Of a stretch of DNA of 64,000 bases, positions 12,831-25,632 are shown piece after piece. The DNA is from Octopus sinensis (lineage: Eukaryota). The stretch spans positions 144,522,001 through 144,586,000 of the forward strand of contig NC_042999.1 in assembly GCF_006345805.1 (NCBI RefSeq). Direction: 5' to 3'. The notes under the pieces were generated by a model. It saw only the letters and a program-made list of their open reading frames with translations, was not told the DNA's origin and did not search any database. The position numbers and the translations under genes are program-made. Positions within the stretch are counted from its first letter, which is position 1. The number at the start of each line of letters is the position of its first letter.

Positions 12831-13088
12831 TTTATTTACATTTGATGGATATTTATCCTCATCTTGTTTGTTGTTAACACAACGTTTCGGCTGATATACT
12901 CTCCAGCCTTCATCAGGTGTCTTGTGGAAATTTCAAACCTGGGTTCTCATTCCTAAGGTTTTTTTAAATGCTGTTGTTGTTGTCACTACCTGGAATCGAA
13001 CTAGGTATCTTGGGGCTAGTAGCCTGCGCTCTTAACCACTCGCCATATGCCCACGGGTATATGGCGTAGTGCTGATTCCGAGTTCAAT
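12831..13088 (-). mobile_element. tRNA-headed SINE-like element containing a hammerhead ribozyme, with an adjacent inverted partial head
   Basis: Minus-strand head GGGCATATGGCGAGTGGTTAAGAGCGCAGGCTACTAGCCCCAAGATACCTAGTTCGATTCCAGG (A box, B box), then an (AAC)n linker, then the hammerhead. A truncated head points the other way at 13055-13088. Confidence 0.75.
12876..12921 (-). ncRNA. Minimal type-I hammerhead ribozyme motif
   Basis: Minus strand reads GACAC-CUGAUGA-A-GGCUG-GAGAGUAUAU-CAGCC-GAAA-CG-UU-GUGUU. Stem I is GACAC/GUGUU, stem II is GGCUG/CAGCC, the CUGAnGA and GAAA core is intact, stem III is the loopless palindrome ACGU, and the cleavage triplet is GUU. Confidence 0.85.
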
Positions 13089-14654
13089 GTCTTGTTTACA
13101 TGCAAAACAATACATTTACAGTGGATATGAATTCATGAGCTGAGTATTTGATACTTTTTTCCATTTGTGTGTGTGTGTGTGTGCACTCACACATTCACTT
13201 GTGGATATGAATAGATGGAGATAGGTAGGTCACTGTCTGGTAAATAACATGTCTCATAAATACTCAAAGGTAGGTTGATTGATCCCAAGAGTGTTCTTGT
13301 TGTAGATCCCTAGTCAGCTGAAACCTATAACACTTAAATTCACAGTGTGCAGAAAAATGTTATGGTATGTTTGTATGCATGGCTTAAAACATTGCAACAA
13401 CCACCAGATATTTAATTGCTTGCTAAATTAATGTTCAAATATAAACAGTCATTAAAGTTTCAAAATTGTTTTCTTATAAGAAAGTAATATTTGAACTGTC
13501 AAGATTTGACAGAGCTTGTAGAGTTCTAGCAGGTCTATGGCAAAGAGGTAGCTAATTAAAATTTAGTCAATTAGTGCTCAACTTGTGGTCATCCTATATT
13601 CATCAGTGATGCAGTATGCTGTTCTAAAAAAGTTTGGACCTTAAATTACAGTACCTTCATTTTGTTATGTTGTGCAGTTCAAACACAAGCACTAACTGGA
13701 GCTAAGCAACAAAAATTGTTATATTGTCAATTCAGATCATATCAGCCAGATGTATACAGTAACAAAAAATACAATGGCACATGTTTAATGGGGAGTTTTA
13801 AGAGCCAGAACAGAGTTTCTTCTTCATGGTGTGAAGAAAATTTTACAAAGGAGGACAGCATGCCAGTCTGTTACATGTAGTAATCTAGTGCCTGTTCTCA
13901 GTGCTATGGTAAAAGATACATAACAAAGGTGTCCTGCATTAGGATCAGCCCTGGGAACACATAATTGGAAAATGAGCATCTTAACTACATGGCCTTGACT
14001 GCTGCTTAATAATGATCTCTTAAATTGGCACAAGGTTATAAACCTTGGTATTTTGACAGCAATGTTTATGGAGGGAGAGGAGTTGAAAACTTCCCAAAAT
14101 ATACATAGTCAAGTGGAAACAAGCCAACAAAGAAACCTCTTCATGGTCAGTCAATCTGCTAAAAATAACAACCAAATCATTTCATCTTGCCCTACTATTT
14201 TAAAAAAGGACTGGCGCATTAGATAATGTCCTAATTATATTATGTTTGAATAAGAAGCAAAAAGGTCACAACTGGAATGATTGTGGTTATAGCTTTATTC
14301 TAGCAGACTTAAAGAGTCTAAACAACAACTTCACTTCTTTATTTTGTTACTCTACCTACAAAATTCAAGGAGCAATCTGTTTTAGTCTTCTGATTTGTGA
14401 CATTAATATATATATAAAGACCAACTTTTTGTTTTAAGGGTATTTTACTAGTTTGTGCAATGAAAACAAAGTGTTATGGTGTGAATGGAATGACTACCCT
14501 GTCAGTGTTCATCTTGGGAATAGAACCAGGAGAGGACTTAGACACATTGTGGCAGCTGGTCATGTTTCTCAAGTGCCCTGATTATCCAAATAGTTCTCCT
14601 CTGCATTTGGAAGTATATGTTAATTGTATATACGGAAAAATTTGTAATCTTCAT

Positions 14655-14743
14655 ATATATATATGTGTGTATGTATATGTATGTATATATATATATATGT
14701 GTGTATATGTATGTATATATATATGTGTGTGTATGTATATATG

Positions 14744-14817
<74 letters not shown>

Positions 14818-14835
14818 ATGTATATGTATATATGT

Positions 14836-14862
<27 letters not shown>
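14655..14862. repeat. Compound (TA)n/(TG)n microsatellite
   Basis: Directly visible. Confidence 0.95.
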
Positions 14863-14875
<13 letters not shown>

Positions 14876-14961
14876 TTAGAGACAAAACCACTATTTTGGA
14901 AAACAAACTTTCCTTGTTTGTTTTGCAAAATAGTGGTTTTGTCTCTAATTAATATTATATA
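14863..14961. repeat. Near-perfect inverted repeat (46-bp arms, 7-nt loop)
   Basis: …ATTAATTAGAGACAAAACCACTATTTTGGAAAACAAAC-tttcctt-GTTTGTTTTGCAAAATAGTGGTTTTGTCTCTAATTAAT…, with one mismatch. Confidence 0.95.
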
Positions 14962-15044
14962 ATATTTTACTATAAAATTGGATTTAATCCTAAATCTGAT
15001 TTTTTCCCTGTAAATTTGGATTTATTCCCTAATATTTATTATAT

Positions 15045-15079
<35 letters not shown>

Positions 15080-15290
15080 TATACTTATCACTATTCTCAG
15101 CCTTTGAGTCACTTTGTAACTTCTGCTGATAAAAAATAAAATATATGTGAAGAATATGTGTGTGCATATGCATGTTTGTATGTGTTTGTGTCTTTATTTC
15201 TGTTCAATGCTCTACTGCACATCAGTCTATTCTTGGACTGTTCCGGTAAGATATCTGTGTTTCTATGACAAGAGATTTCTAGCTTCTTAA

Positions 15291-15511
15291 CTCTTTCATT
15301 ACTGTATTTATTTTGAGATGCTCTGTGTTTCTTTCAATTATTTTAAATATAGCTAAGAATTTAGTAAAATAACTTTGCTATCATTAAGCTAGTGTTAGGA
15401 ACATAAGTTGTGATGAAGATTTGGTGGAAAATTTTAATTCAAAACTTATGAAAACAAGAAATTTATACTAAAGAGCCAGAGCTGGTTTCAGCCAGGTTGG
15501 TAATGAAAGGG
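15291..15511. mobile_element. piggyBac-type MITE (second family)
   Basis: TTAA at 15287-15290 and 15512-15515. TIRs CTCTTTCATTAC / GTAATGAAAGGG. Confidence 0.8.
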
Positions 15512-15676
15512 TTAAATGACTTTTCTCTATTTCTTGCAAAAGAACATAACCTAGCGGATTCCAAGAGAGATATAGGGGGAGATCAAAGTATCAACTCCAA
15601 GATATGAACTCAAGAGCACTAAGAACCAGAATAAATATCACAAAACATTTTATCCAATACCCTAATGACTCAACTA

Positions 15677-15739
<63 letters not shown>

Positions 15740-15794
15740 GCACGTGTGCATGTGTGCAAGATAGGCACATATGAAACTAAGCTATATAATTTTT

Positions 15795-16320
15795 TTTTTT
15801 TCAATTCAATTTTTATTGGCTCAAAAAGCAAAAGCAAGGCCATGTAGGGGGACAGGGAGTTATGTACAGGGAGGGTGGTCATACAAAGAGTTCAGGCCAT
15901 TTCTGGTCAAAAGAGACTTTGAACCGAGCAGTCGTCGGCATCTTCACTATCTCGCCCGGCAGCTTATTCCACGGATCTGCAACCCAGACAGAGAAAGCCC
16001 CTCTCCTTCAATTGAGATGAAATTGTCATAGAGTTTTTCGGAGTGACCCCGCAGCCCACACTCTGGAGCAGGAGTGAAGAACAGCTTTTTCGAGAGGTTA
16101 CACTTTCCGCTTATGATGTTGTGAGCAAGAATGAGATCACCACGGCGTCATCGTTTTTCGGGAGAATAAAGGTCGAGCGTCTTCAGCCTTTCTTCATAAG
16201 ACAAATGCTTGAGACCAAGAACCATGCGGATAGCCAGCTTCTGGACTCTTTCGAGATGATGCATGTCTTTGAGGAGATAAGGAGAAGAGGCTTGAATCCC
16301 GTACTCCAATATGGGTGTTT
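15795..16320 (-). mobile_element. CR1-group LINE 3' fragment
   Basis: Minus-strand translation RLKTLDLYSPEKR*RRGDLILAHNIISGK…LRGHSEKLY matches the CR1 ORF2 C-terminal pattern (RRLRGDLI…RGH..KL…WN.LP). Confidence 0.8.
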
Positions 16321-16554
16321 ATCTAATTAAGATGAAAATGCCTAATCTTTAAGATTGCACAATAAATCCAGGTAGTCAGTTTTGTGATTGTCTGTGAGAA
16401 TTACACGGATGCAAAAGATGTGCTTCATATGTACCAGATGAATTATGAAATATTTACAAGTTACTTCACAAGACATATGTTTCAGCCACTATTGAATTAA
16501 AGTCATATGCCCAGACAATTTACAGTAGTTATTAGAGGTATATTCATATATATC

Positions 16555-16918
16555 GTGGCACTCCATCGATTATGACGATAAGGGTTCCAGTTGATTGAAT
16601 CAACGGAACAGCCTGCTCGTGAAATTAACGTGCAAGTGGCTGATCACTCCACAGACACGGGGAGATTCAGTGTGACACAATGTGTGATAAGGCTGACTCC
16701 TTTGAAATACAGGTGCAACAGAAAACAGGAAGAAAAAGTAAGAGAGAAAGTTGTGGTGAAAGAGTACAGCAGGGTTTGCTACCACCCCCTGCTGGAGCCT
16801 CATGGAGCTTTAGGTGTTTTCACTCAATAAACACTCATAATGCCCGGTCTGGGAATTGAAACCGCGATCCTACGACCGCGAGTCCACTGCACTAAACAGT
16901 GGGCCATTGCGCTTCCAC
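16555..16918 (-). mobile_element. tRNA-derived SINE, family C
   Basis: CpG-rich minus-strand head GTGGAAGCGCAATGGCCCACTGTTTAG…GGATCGCGGTTTCAATTCCC with A/B-box-like motifs, followed by a non-tRNA body. Confidence 0.7.
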
Positions 16919-18405
16919 AAGAAGTAGTATATTAATTAATCAGAAATAGTCAAGCAGTTACTCTATATGTATCCAGGAAATAAATTAGAAAGGTAGTGAA
17001 AAATGCCTTCAGCATGTTCTACTGAGGGAATGTATATGCGTGTGTGTTTGGTAAACAAGATTATTTCAACATAGAATTATAAATTTCCTTATGTTCAGTT
17101 TAGAACAATAATCACAACTAAAGATAAAAAATTGATTTGGAAATATGAAAAATCTTTATAAAAATTATTTATTGTTGTGTCTTCATTTTATGCATGCACA
17201 TGCACACACACACACTGGGTGTACATGTTTGTACATGGATCTGCATATGAATATGTTTTGTGTGTGTATATGTATTTCAAAGTTGAATTTTCTCACCACA
17301 GCAACTAAAAATTTAAACTTTAATTTTAAATTAGTGTATGAACTGCTGTAAAAAGTGCAAACACTTAACTTGGGGAGAAGCCTCATCTTTGATTACATGA
17401 ATAAACTCAACAAGTATTGAATACATTTCTCCTTCATTTGTCAATTCAGACTCACACACACACACATGCACACACAGGTATTAGAAACTGAAAATTCTTG
17501 AATTGTATTCAGAGATCTTATATGTACAAACTATGTATTAAGTACTTTTCATGTATCTGTAAACACAAATGATCACCAAATCCATATATAACAGAACGTT
17601 TCTCTTTGCTGACATATTCAAAGATTTTCATCATTATTTTGCCCATATGGTAAAAAAAAAACGAAATTATTTTTACAAAATTTTAATTTATGTAGAAAGA
17701 GAAATTTAATGCCCTTCCCAAGAGGTTTTTACATAATTGTAAAGCAAAACAACTCCAAATATGGATCAGGCAAAAATAACTTTTGGTCATTATTGTCATC
17801 ATCATCATCATTACTATAATTACAAATCACAGCTGAAACTAACATCTTGTCCTGCCTGATGTAGGATAGTGTGTGGGACATAGCTTTAGGTGAGTTCATT
17901 ACCCAGGTATTCTCCAACTAATTTCTCTTAGTCTAGTTTTAAAAAAATATGTATCACATGGCTGGAGTGGGTGTGGGTTTTGTTTCTGTGAGTGAGTGCT
18001 GGAAGTTAGTGTAGTGACATTTGAAATTGGATAAACAGACTTAACCTACCTTTCTGTTCATGGAAGAAGTAAAAAGTAACAAATGGAATAAAAGAGTAAG
18101 AACAAAACAGGTTGTTTCTCTCCCTCTCCCTCTAACACACACTTCCCCTCCCTCTCTCATGTACTCTCCCTCTTACTCACATACTCTTCCTCTCAGTCTT
18201 TCCCTCTTTCCCTCTCTCTCTCTCTCTCTCTCTCTCACACATCACACTTTCTCTGGGGGTATACTACAACCAAGTGTCATGGGAGGTGTTAGGTAACATT
18301 GGGAGTATTATTTGCTGCCCATGCAGACAGACATTGTGTGTGTGTGTGAGTATGTGTGTATCTGAAATGCTTTCTTTTCACTACCAGTTACAAGATCCTT
18401 ATGTA

Positions 18406-18447
<42 letters not shown>

Positions 18448-18724
18448 ACTTCTCCGAAGGCATTATCCTTCTAAAATGAAGTACAACGGAATTTTCATCA
18501 GGAAATCAATCAGGGGTCATATCTTACTTGACTCTGTGTTTTTGCATTTGTGTATGTACTCATAATCATTATTTTGCATCCGCTTTCTATGCTAGTATGG
18601 ACGGGACAATTTTTTAGTCTGAGTCAGTTTTTATTCAAAATTACAACCCTTCTGGATGTGTCATAGGACCACATCTCATTCATATGGTCCATGACCGTAT
18701 GTGCATATATGCTTACATTTGTAC

Positions 18725-18922
18725 ATCTGTCTGTCTGTCGTCTGTCTGTCTGTCTGTATGTATGTATGTATGTATGTATGTATGTATGTATGTATGTATG
18801 TATGTATGTATGTATGTATGTATGTATGTATGTATGTATGTATGTATGTATGTATGTATGTATGTATGTATGTATGTATGTATGTATGTATGTATGTATG
18901 TATGTATGTATGTATGTATGTA
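18725..18922. repeat. (TCTG)n followed by a long pure (TATG)n tetranucleotide array (~40 units)
   Basis: Directly visible. Confidence 0.97.
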
Positions 18923-19331
18923 TAGTGGAGCTCACCACAAACATTAAGATAATATATCAGAAATTAATTAAAGTATGCGTTGATGTTATAGTTTTCGCCA
19001 GACAGTAATTAAGAAACTTTTTTTTTTAAGTGATGTGATGGACAGGGTAAGGAGATTAAAAAAAAACGTTTCTTTGCCTTTTTCTTTCCATATCAATTTG
19101 AAATCAGGATTTTAAAATGTTCACTTTTTTTACTGCGTTTTTTGTTGTCTCATAGTTTTTGGTACTTCCCAGCTTTGGCTCTAGTAAACTTTTCTGTTCT
19201 GCACTGACTCCGACACCTACCACTTTCTCATCCTTTCTCTCTATCTCTCTCTCACACACACGCACACTCTCTCTTCTATTATTTATCTAACTTCCAACTA
19301 ATTAAATTATATTTTCCCAAAGGCAGCTTAC

Positions 19332-19407
19332 CTGTTAATATTGGCACTAAAGAACCACTGGCTAGTCGCTGAGGGAGATGGCCCACCTCATGAATATTAC
19401 GACACAT
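19332..19407 (-). other. Candidate first coding exon (MCRNIHEVGHLPQRLASGSLVPILT, phase 1)
   Basis: AAAAATG start context, an open frame to a CAG|GTAAGC donor, locally retained CpGs, and an upstream GA-rich tract on the minus strand. No homology recognised. Confidence 0.3.
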
Positions 19408-20475
19408 TTTTGTTCAACTAACTTTCAATCTGTCCAGACAATCTCGGTTGCTGAACGTACTTCTTTCTCAATTTTTGTTTTCTTTTACAGACTGCCTTTC
19501 TATTTTTTTCATCTCCAATCCTCTCCCACACTTTATCTTTCTCACTTTCTCTTTAGTTTTCTTTTCTTCAGATATTTGTTTCCCTTTTCAAACACCTCTC
19601 TCTCTCTCCCTATCTCTCTCTCTCTCCTATCTCTCTCTCTTTTCTCTTATATGCTCTCCTCTTTTGTATACATTGCCTTTCTCTTCTCTCCTACGCTCAC
19701 TCCCTCTCATTTTTTTTTATACTTTCTGTCACTCCCCTTTATACTCTCTCCTCCTTTCACTCTTATGCCAGATTAATAAAATTTGCAAGTATAAGGGCTT
19801 TTTTCTATTTCAGTTTACTAACATCGTTGTTGTTGCTCTTGTTGATGTAGGTGTGTATCTATGTGTGTTGACTGTGTGTCAGCACGTGTCTTCTTTTCAA
19901 TCAAGGCAATGTTTTTGACACTTGAAAGTTTTCCATGACGTGTGTGTGTCGGTATGGATTTGGATATATGTATGAATATTGTAATTCTTGTTTAGCCCTA
20001 GATTAGTTCTGATTAAGCAGGTTTAGGATCAGAGGCATTCTAGTCATAGCCATCCCATCTTTTATGAGTACATAGGACTGTATTCTCCAATATGTTCTTC
20101 CCTCTTTATCTAACAGTATACTAAAGGGCATTTAGCTGCTGTTTCTAGCTGGTCAAACAACTAACAAAAAGGCTTCCTTATTAGCTCAGTTTGTCTGTTT
20201 GCATGTATGTGTCAGCATGTGTGTGTGTGTGTGTGTGCCCATTGGGAGTTACTCTGCCACTTTTCAATTTGGAATTTTGCTTTTCTCTTTTCTCTCTCTC
20301 TCTCTCTCTCTTCTCCCTCCCATTCTCTCTCTTTCTCTCTCATTCTCTCCAAGTTCCTCTGACATACCTACACTCCTTTTTCTTTTTATCTCCTTCTTCA
20401 CCTCTTTTCCTCATGCTTTCACTCTATAATATTGAGAAATTGTTCTTGTTCTTTTTGTGCATTACACTCTCTCTC

Positions 20476-20571
<96 letters not shown>

Positions 20572-21058
20572 CTGACAAACCATTACTCACGCACAGACAT
20601 TCATACATACACTCAGTTGGCCGCGTGTAACAGGATAAAACTGACTGACTTACCATCACCACCGGCTCCACCACATTTGTTCAAACAGACTAAATTGAGC
20701 CAGCGAGGGGGCCTCTGTGTGGTCATTCAGCCTGCTAAAAATAACCAGTCAAATCTCTCAGATTCCATCCTACTATCACGGAAAAGGTTAATGTGGGTTT
20801 TCAATTCTGTGTACATAGGGAAAAGACAGGATGGTTACAGCCTGTGATCATAGGTCTACTCGATCATGGCTGACCTGGGGTTAAATAACTAACAGCAAAT
20901 AAACTAAATTGCACCATAAAGGATTGGTTTAAGTAGACAGGCTTGTCTGTTTAATAACATTAACAATTGCTGCTCATTGTTGTTATTGCTGGCCTTTGTT
21001 TTATTTGGAACCGAGATTGTTTTAACAATTTTTTTTTTCGCTTTCTTTTCCTTACTTG

Positions 21059-21061
<3 letters not shown>

Positions 21062-21151
<90 letters not shown>
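21062..21151. repeat. (CT)n microsatellite (~45 units)
   Basis: Directly visible. Confidence 0.97.
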
Positions 21152-21156
<5 letters not shown>

Positions 21157-21794
21157 TATCTGTATCATTGGTGAGTAGAGAGTTTTGACATTAGTAGTAG
21201 TGGCTGTGGTGGTTGTAATCATGGGGATATTGGTAGCTAATTTGTACATGTGGTGTTGGTAGAGGTGTTGAATAGATAAATTTGTGTGCCTTGAGAAGAT
21301 GCAGGTTCTGAGGTTTCAATCTGGGGCCTTCTTCAAATCTTTTACTCCTAACCTAACAGCATTTTAAACTATAAGCTAACATCAGAACTACTTAGTACAT
21401 GGTAGTTCAGCTTAACCACACTCTTCTATCTTTCTAAAAAAACAAACACTTTGGATATCACTGTCTTAGAATTCCTTGGAAAACCATATGGTCAACAGTT
21501 GAATGCATTTGATCATAATAAGTATGTTTGATCAAAACTGAGTGGGATTAAACAATAGTAACATTTTAAGCAATGACTGGAAATACCTATCTACCAGTTT
21601 GTCTTTTTGATTGCACCACATAAAAATCACCCAGTATATTCCATAGTAATTGGATTTAGGAAGGACAGCCAGCCATAGAAATCATGCCAAAGCTGACAGT
21701 AAAGCTTAATACAGTCCTCTGGCTTTCCAACTCCTGTCAAACCATCCAACCCATGCCAGCATGGCAAATGGACCTTGAATAAGAATAATGTATA

Positions 21795-23017
21795 CTGGAT
21801 CATCCCATAAATAATGTGGGGTTTTTTTTTTGTACTTCTTTTATTTTTCAAAATTAAGATTAACAAAGTCCTTTTTTTAATCTAAAATATATTCTCCTTC
21901 AGTTTCTACAATGCTCTTCCATCTATCTGGTAGACTTGCAAAGCCCCTCTTCCAAAATTCACTTATCCATGACAAGAAATACTCCTCCACTACTGTTCTG
22001 ACCTCATCTACAGAATTTATAATTTTTCCATCCAACTGATTTTGAAGACTGCAGAATAAATGATAATCAGATGGGGCAAATATGGTGGGTCGGGCATCAT
22101 TTCCCATTCAAAATGCTGCAGCCTTTGAAATATCCTCACTGTATGTAGCCAGGCATTATCTTGATGGAAGAACACCTTTCGTCTTGAAACTAAAGATGGT
22201 CATTTTTCTTCTGGTGTGACTTAAGCTGCTCAAGCTGCTCACTGTAAATCTCCTTTATTATCATTTGGTCTGGGTTTAAAAGTTCAAAGTGGATTAAACC
22301 TTTCATATTCCAACAAACAGATAACAACACCCTATGTGGGTGAAGACCTTCTTTAGCCTGGGGTGCCAGTGTTTCTCCTTTCTCTGCCCACTGTCTTCAT
22401 CACTTGACATCTTTATAGAGAACCCATTTCTTGTCAACAGTCACTATTCAGTCCAAAAAAAAGGTTCATTCGTGAGACATGACAGCAAAGAAGAACACAC
22501 ATTATTCTCTGTGCGTGATTAAACTTGAAAAGTTTGTGAGAAACCCATTGACCCAATTTGCTGACTTTTGCAATGGCATGCAGGTGTCACTGAATGGTTT
22601 TTTATGACCAGATCCAGGAGTTACGCTGGAATTTTACTCCACCAGGGTTTGCAGGATGTCCTCATTATGCTCTACAGATCTTCTAGGCTGTAGTTTCTGG
22701 CTTGGAATTTCTTGAACCACCATTAACACTAGCTTACACTTATTCCTATATACTGCATTAATTTTCCTTGCAGTTCCCATTGTGCTGTTGCTTTTATTGA
22801 ATTCATAGAGCAAAACATTCCAAATTTGCTCCTTTGCCATTTCCATTATAACTTTAAAAAAAATAACTGTTCAAATCAAACTGCACTCTTCAAAGCAAGT
22901 TCCAGGTAAAATTACTTCCCACTTTTATAGCAAGTTGATGCAGGTAGTCTATCCTGTCCCCCTCTGACTTTTAGTTCATGCAGTTGAAGAAACCACATTA
23001 TTTATGGGGTGGGGGTG
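21795..23017 (-). mobile_element. mariner (DD34D-type) DNA transposon, near full length, transposase inactivated
   Basis: ORF 22634-22846 (QIWNVLLYEFNK…TARKINAVY) is the N-terminal HTH region. ORF 21877-22107 (APSDYHLFCSLQN…GFASLPDRWKSIVETEGEY) is the mariner C-terminus. Degenerate TIRs share CCCATAAATAATGTGG and are flanked by TA. Confidence 0.9.
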
Positions 23018-23829
23018 TATACATACACACACACACACAAGTATACTATAAGTGGTTGAGGATAAGAATAAAATCCTACAAGTAAGATATGGTTCCCTGA
23101 CCTTCTATGAATAAAAACTGACTTAGCCCATGACTACTCATCTGACTCATGCTAACATGGAAAGTTGACATAAAGTGATAGTGATGATGGTAGTGTATGT
23201 ATGAGTATACACCCTATACCATCAGTTTTGCATTGTTCTCTGAGGGATCAGACAGATCTGTAGTACTCTCTATCTTTCATTGTCTCACTACATGAAGTTA
23301 ATAGATACTCTTAAGTTTGACCATTTGACCAAACTAAGTTTTCTTAAGTTTTTTTTTTTTTTTTAGTCTAATAACATTTACTGCAGACACCCTTTTATCA
23401 CCTACTTATACAGCATATTTTTATTAGGTTGCTTCTCCCATTGCATGTCTATACTATTGTGGTTGTAGCACCCCACTTTCTATATTTTCCTTTGATATAC
23501 TGTGCCTTCAGTTCCCAGACAGCACCTTCAGTGCTCGCCTTTTTATTCTTTCTTCAATAGGTGATGGATTGAGGGGTTTTACTGCACATTCTTTCTTCCA
23601 TGTGTGTATGTGTGCCTGTGTGTACCTCTCTGATATATTCCCTTTCTCACATTCTTATCTTTAACATTTCTTTTTTCTGCCATTCACCCATCATAATTGT
23701 AGCAATCTGAAGTTTCTGATATTTCTTGACCTTTTCTTTTGTTTCCAAGTCACCTCCCATCACCTCAATTTCTCTCTTGCTCCCTTTCTTTTTTCCCCTT
23801 TTTGTACTTTTCTGTCTCCTATATTCTCT

Positions 23830-23893
<64 letters not shown>

Positions 23894-25413
23894 CCCCTTA
23901 TCTTAACACCTCTCAATTATTTTCCTCATTACCTACCCTGTCTGAAATAAATATAAAATTAATTACACTTAAGATAGTTGGAAAAGAAATACATTAAAGA
24001 AATTTTATTTTAATGATGGTGTGTTCATATTTAAAGTAAAGGAGCATGCCGAGGGTGTTTCCTGTGCCACTTCGGTGGAGTGGTGGGGAAGTATGAGCTT
24101 ATAAGGAGGTGTGAAATTGAATTAAAGCTAAGGAAACCGATAGGTCTTGCTTGCTTTAATTAGTGTTGAAAGTTTGTCTCCACTCCTATACTGGCAGCCT
24201 AATCTGACAACCTTGTACTCTGATCACGCTTCACAAGCATTCCTATTTTCTCTGCAAATCCAACTTGGAAATTGTCAGCTCCCAAACCATTCTGTTTTAA
24301 ATAAAAAGTAAAAAATACATTATAAGATATAATCCCTGATATACAAAAAATATGAGACGGTCACAGCTGCAGGTATTTGATCATATGTTTACTAGATCAG
24401 CACTGACCTGGGTATAAACAATTACAGCAAAAAGGCACAAATGAGGCACCACTAAATGGTCACTCAACTTGCTAGAGATAACAGCCCAGTCTCCCTCAAA
24501 CTACACCCTAGTGTTTTAGATAAAGAAAAACGATATTAAATAATATAGTCCTAGATATACACCTAAAATGACAAGATAGTCACAAATGGAATGCCTCTGA
24601 AAATATATCTGCTTAATGAGGGTTGACTTGGGACTAAACAACAGCAACGACAGCCTGAACTTGCTATGTTCATATTATAGCTCTTGATTTTGCCACACTT
24701 TTTTTACTATTAGCACTGTTGTATCAATGCAGACTAAGTACATCTTTGAATATTCTTGTATTGTATTCCTGATAAATCTTCGTAATTCTTTTCAAGACCT
24801 TACTAAATTGTAGCTTAAGCTCATTCAGTAAAAAGGAGAAAAACGTTTTCTGCTAGAATTTGGTAGAAATCATTGCAAGTGAACAGTGTCGAACATTTCA
24901 ACAACCCAAAAATATTAATCTTAAACTGAATATAAAAAAGAACCAGTCATTTATATCTGTTAATGTCTTACATACAAAGGGACACATCCACAAATACTTC
25001 TTCTATATTAGCATCAGTGGGCATAGATACATACTTATATACTGATTACTTCTAAGTCATGCCCAACTGAGTTAAATATACTTCACTGAGGAGGCCTAAT
25101 AATACTGAAACATGTTCTTAGTTTTCACCAGTTGCTTTTAAGGCAAGATCCATTTTCAACTGATTTTTATTCCAAAAATTTTAATGAAGTGTATTAGAAT
25201 TATCTCCCTTGTTTGATTCTTTAGATTTTGAACACCTTAAAGAGATTCTTTGGACTACATGAATAACCTCAGTTAACTGAATAAGCTCTTCAACTTAGTA
25301 TATTACATATATGAGACCTGTTTGAAGATTTGCAGTTTTAAGTAGATGGAAGGTTAGCAAGAAATGCAGCATTCGTGTCTGTTTTAAGTATTAATTATTT
25401 TAATTTAACTTAA

Positions 25414-25632
25414 CCATTTAGATTTCAGATTATTCTGTTAAATATAATGCATATTTATTCACATTCTTTTGAATTGACCATGCATTATCTTGTAGCTTCA
25501 AGATTATGATGATGTGATTGTTTATTTTTAGAATGACATTGTAGGATAGGTGTGAGAGACAGGATCTGGCTAATTTGAACATAAAATAGGCAGAATATTT
25601 GGGCCAGCTATGGCCAGTTTCAATGCTAAGAG
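25414..25632. mobile_element. piggyBac-type MITE
   Basis: TTAA at 25410-25413 and 25633-25636. Ends CCATTTAGA…/…TGCTAAGAG. Same family as 2723-2919. Confidence 0.75.

Noticed and set aside
12985-13052. Functional tRNA gene (also the heads at ~16850-16918 and 10080-10150)
   Set aside because: The acceptor and anticodon stems do not pair properly and each head continues into a repeat body; these are SINE heads.
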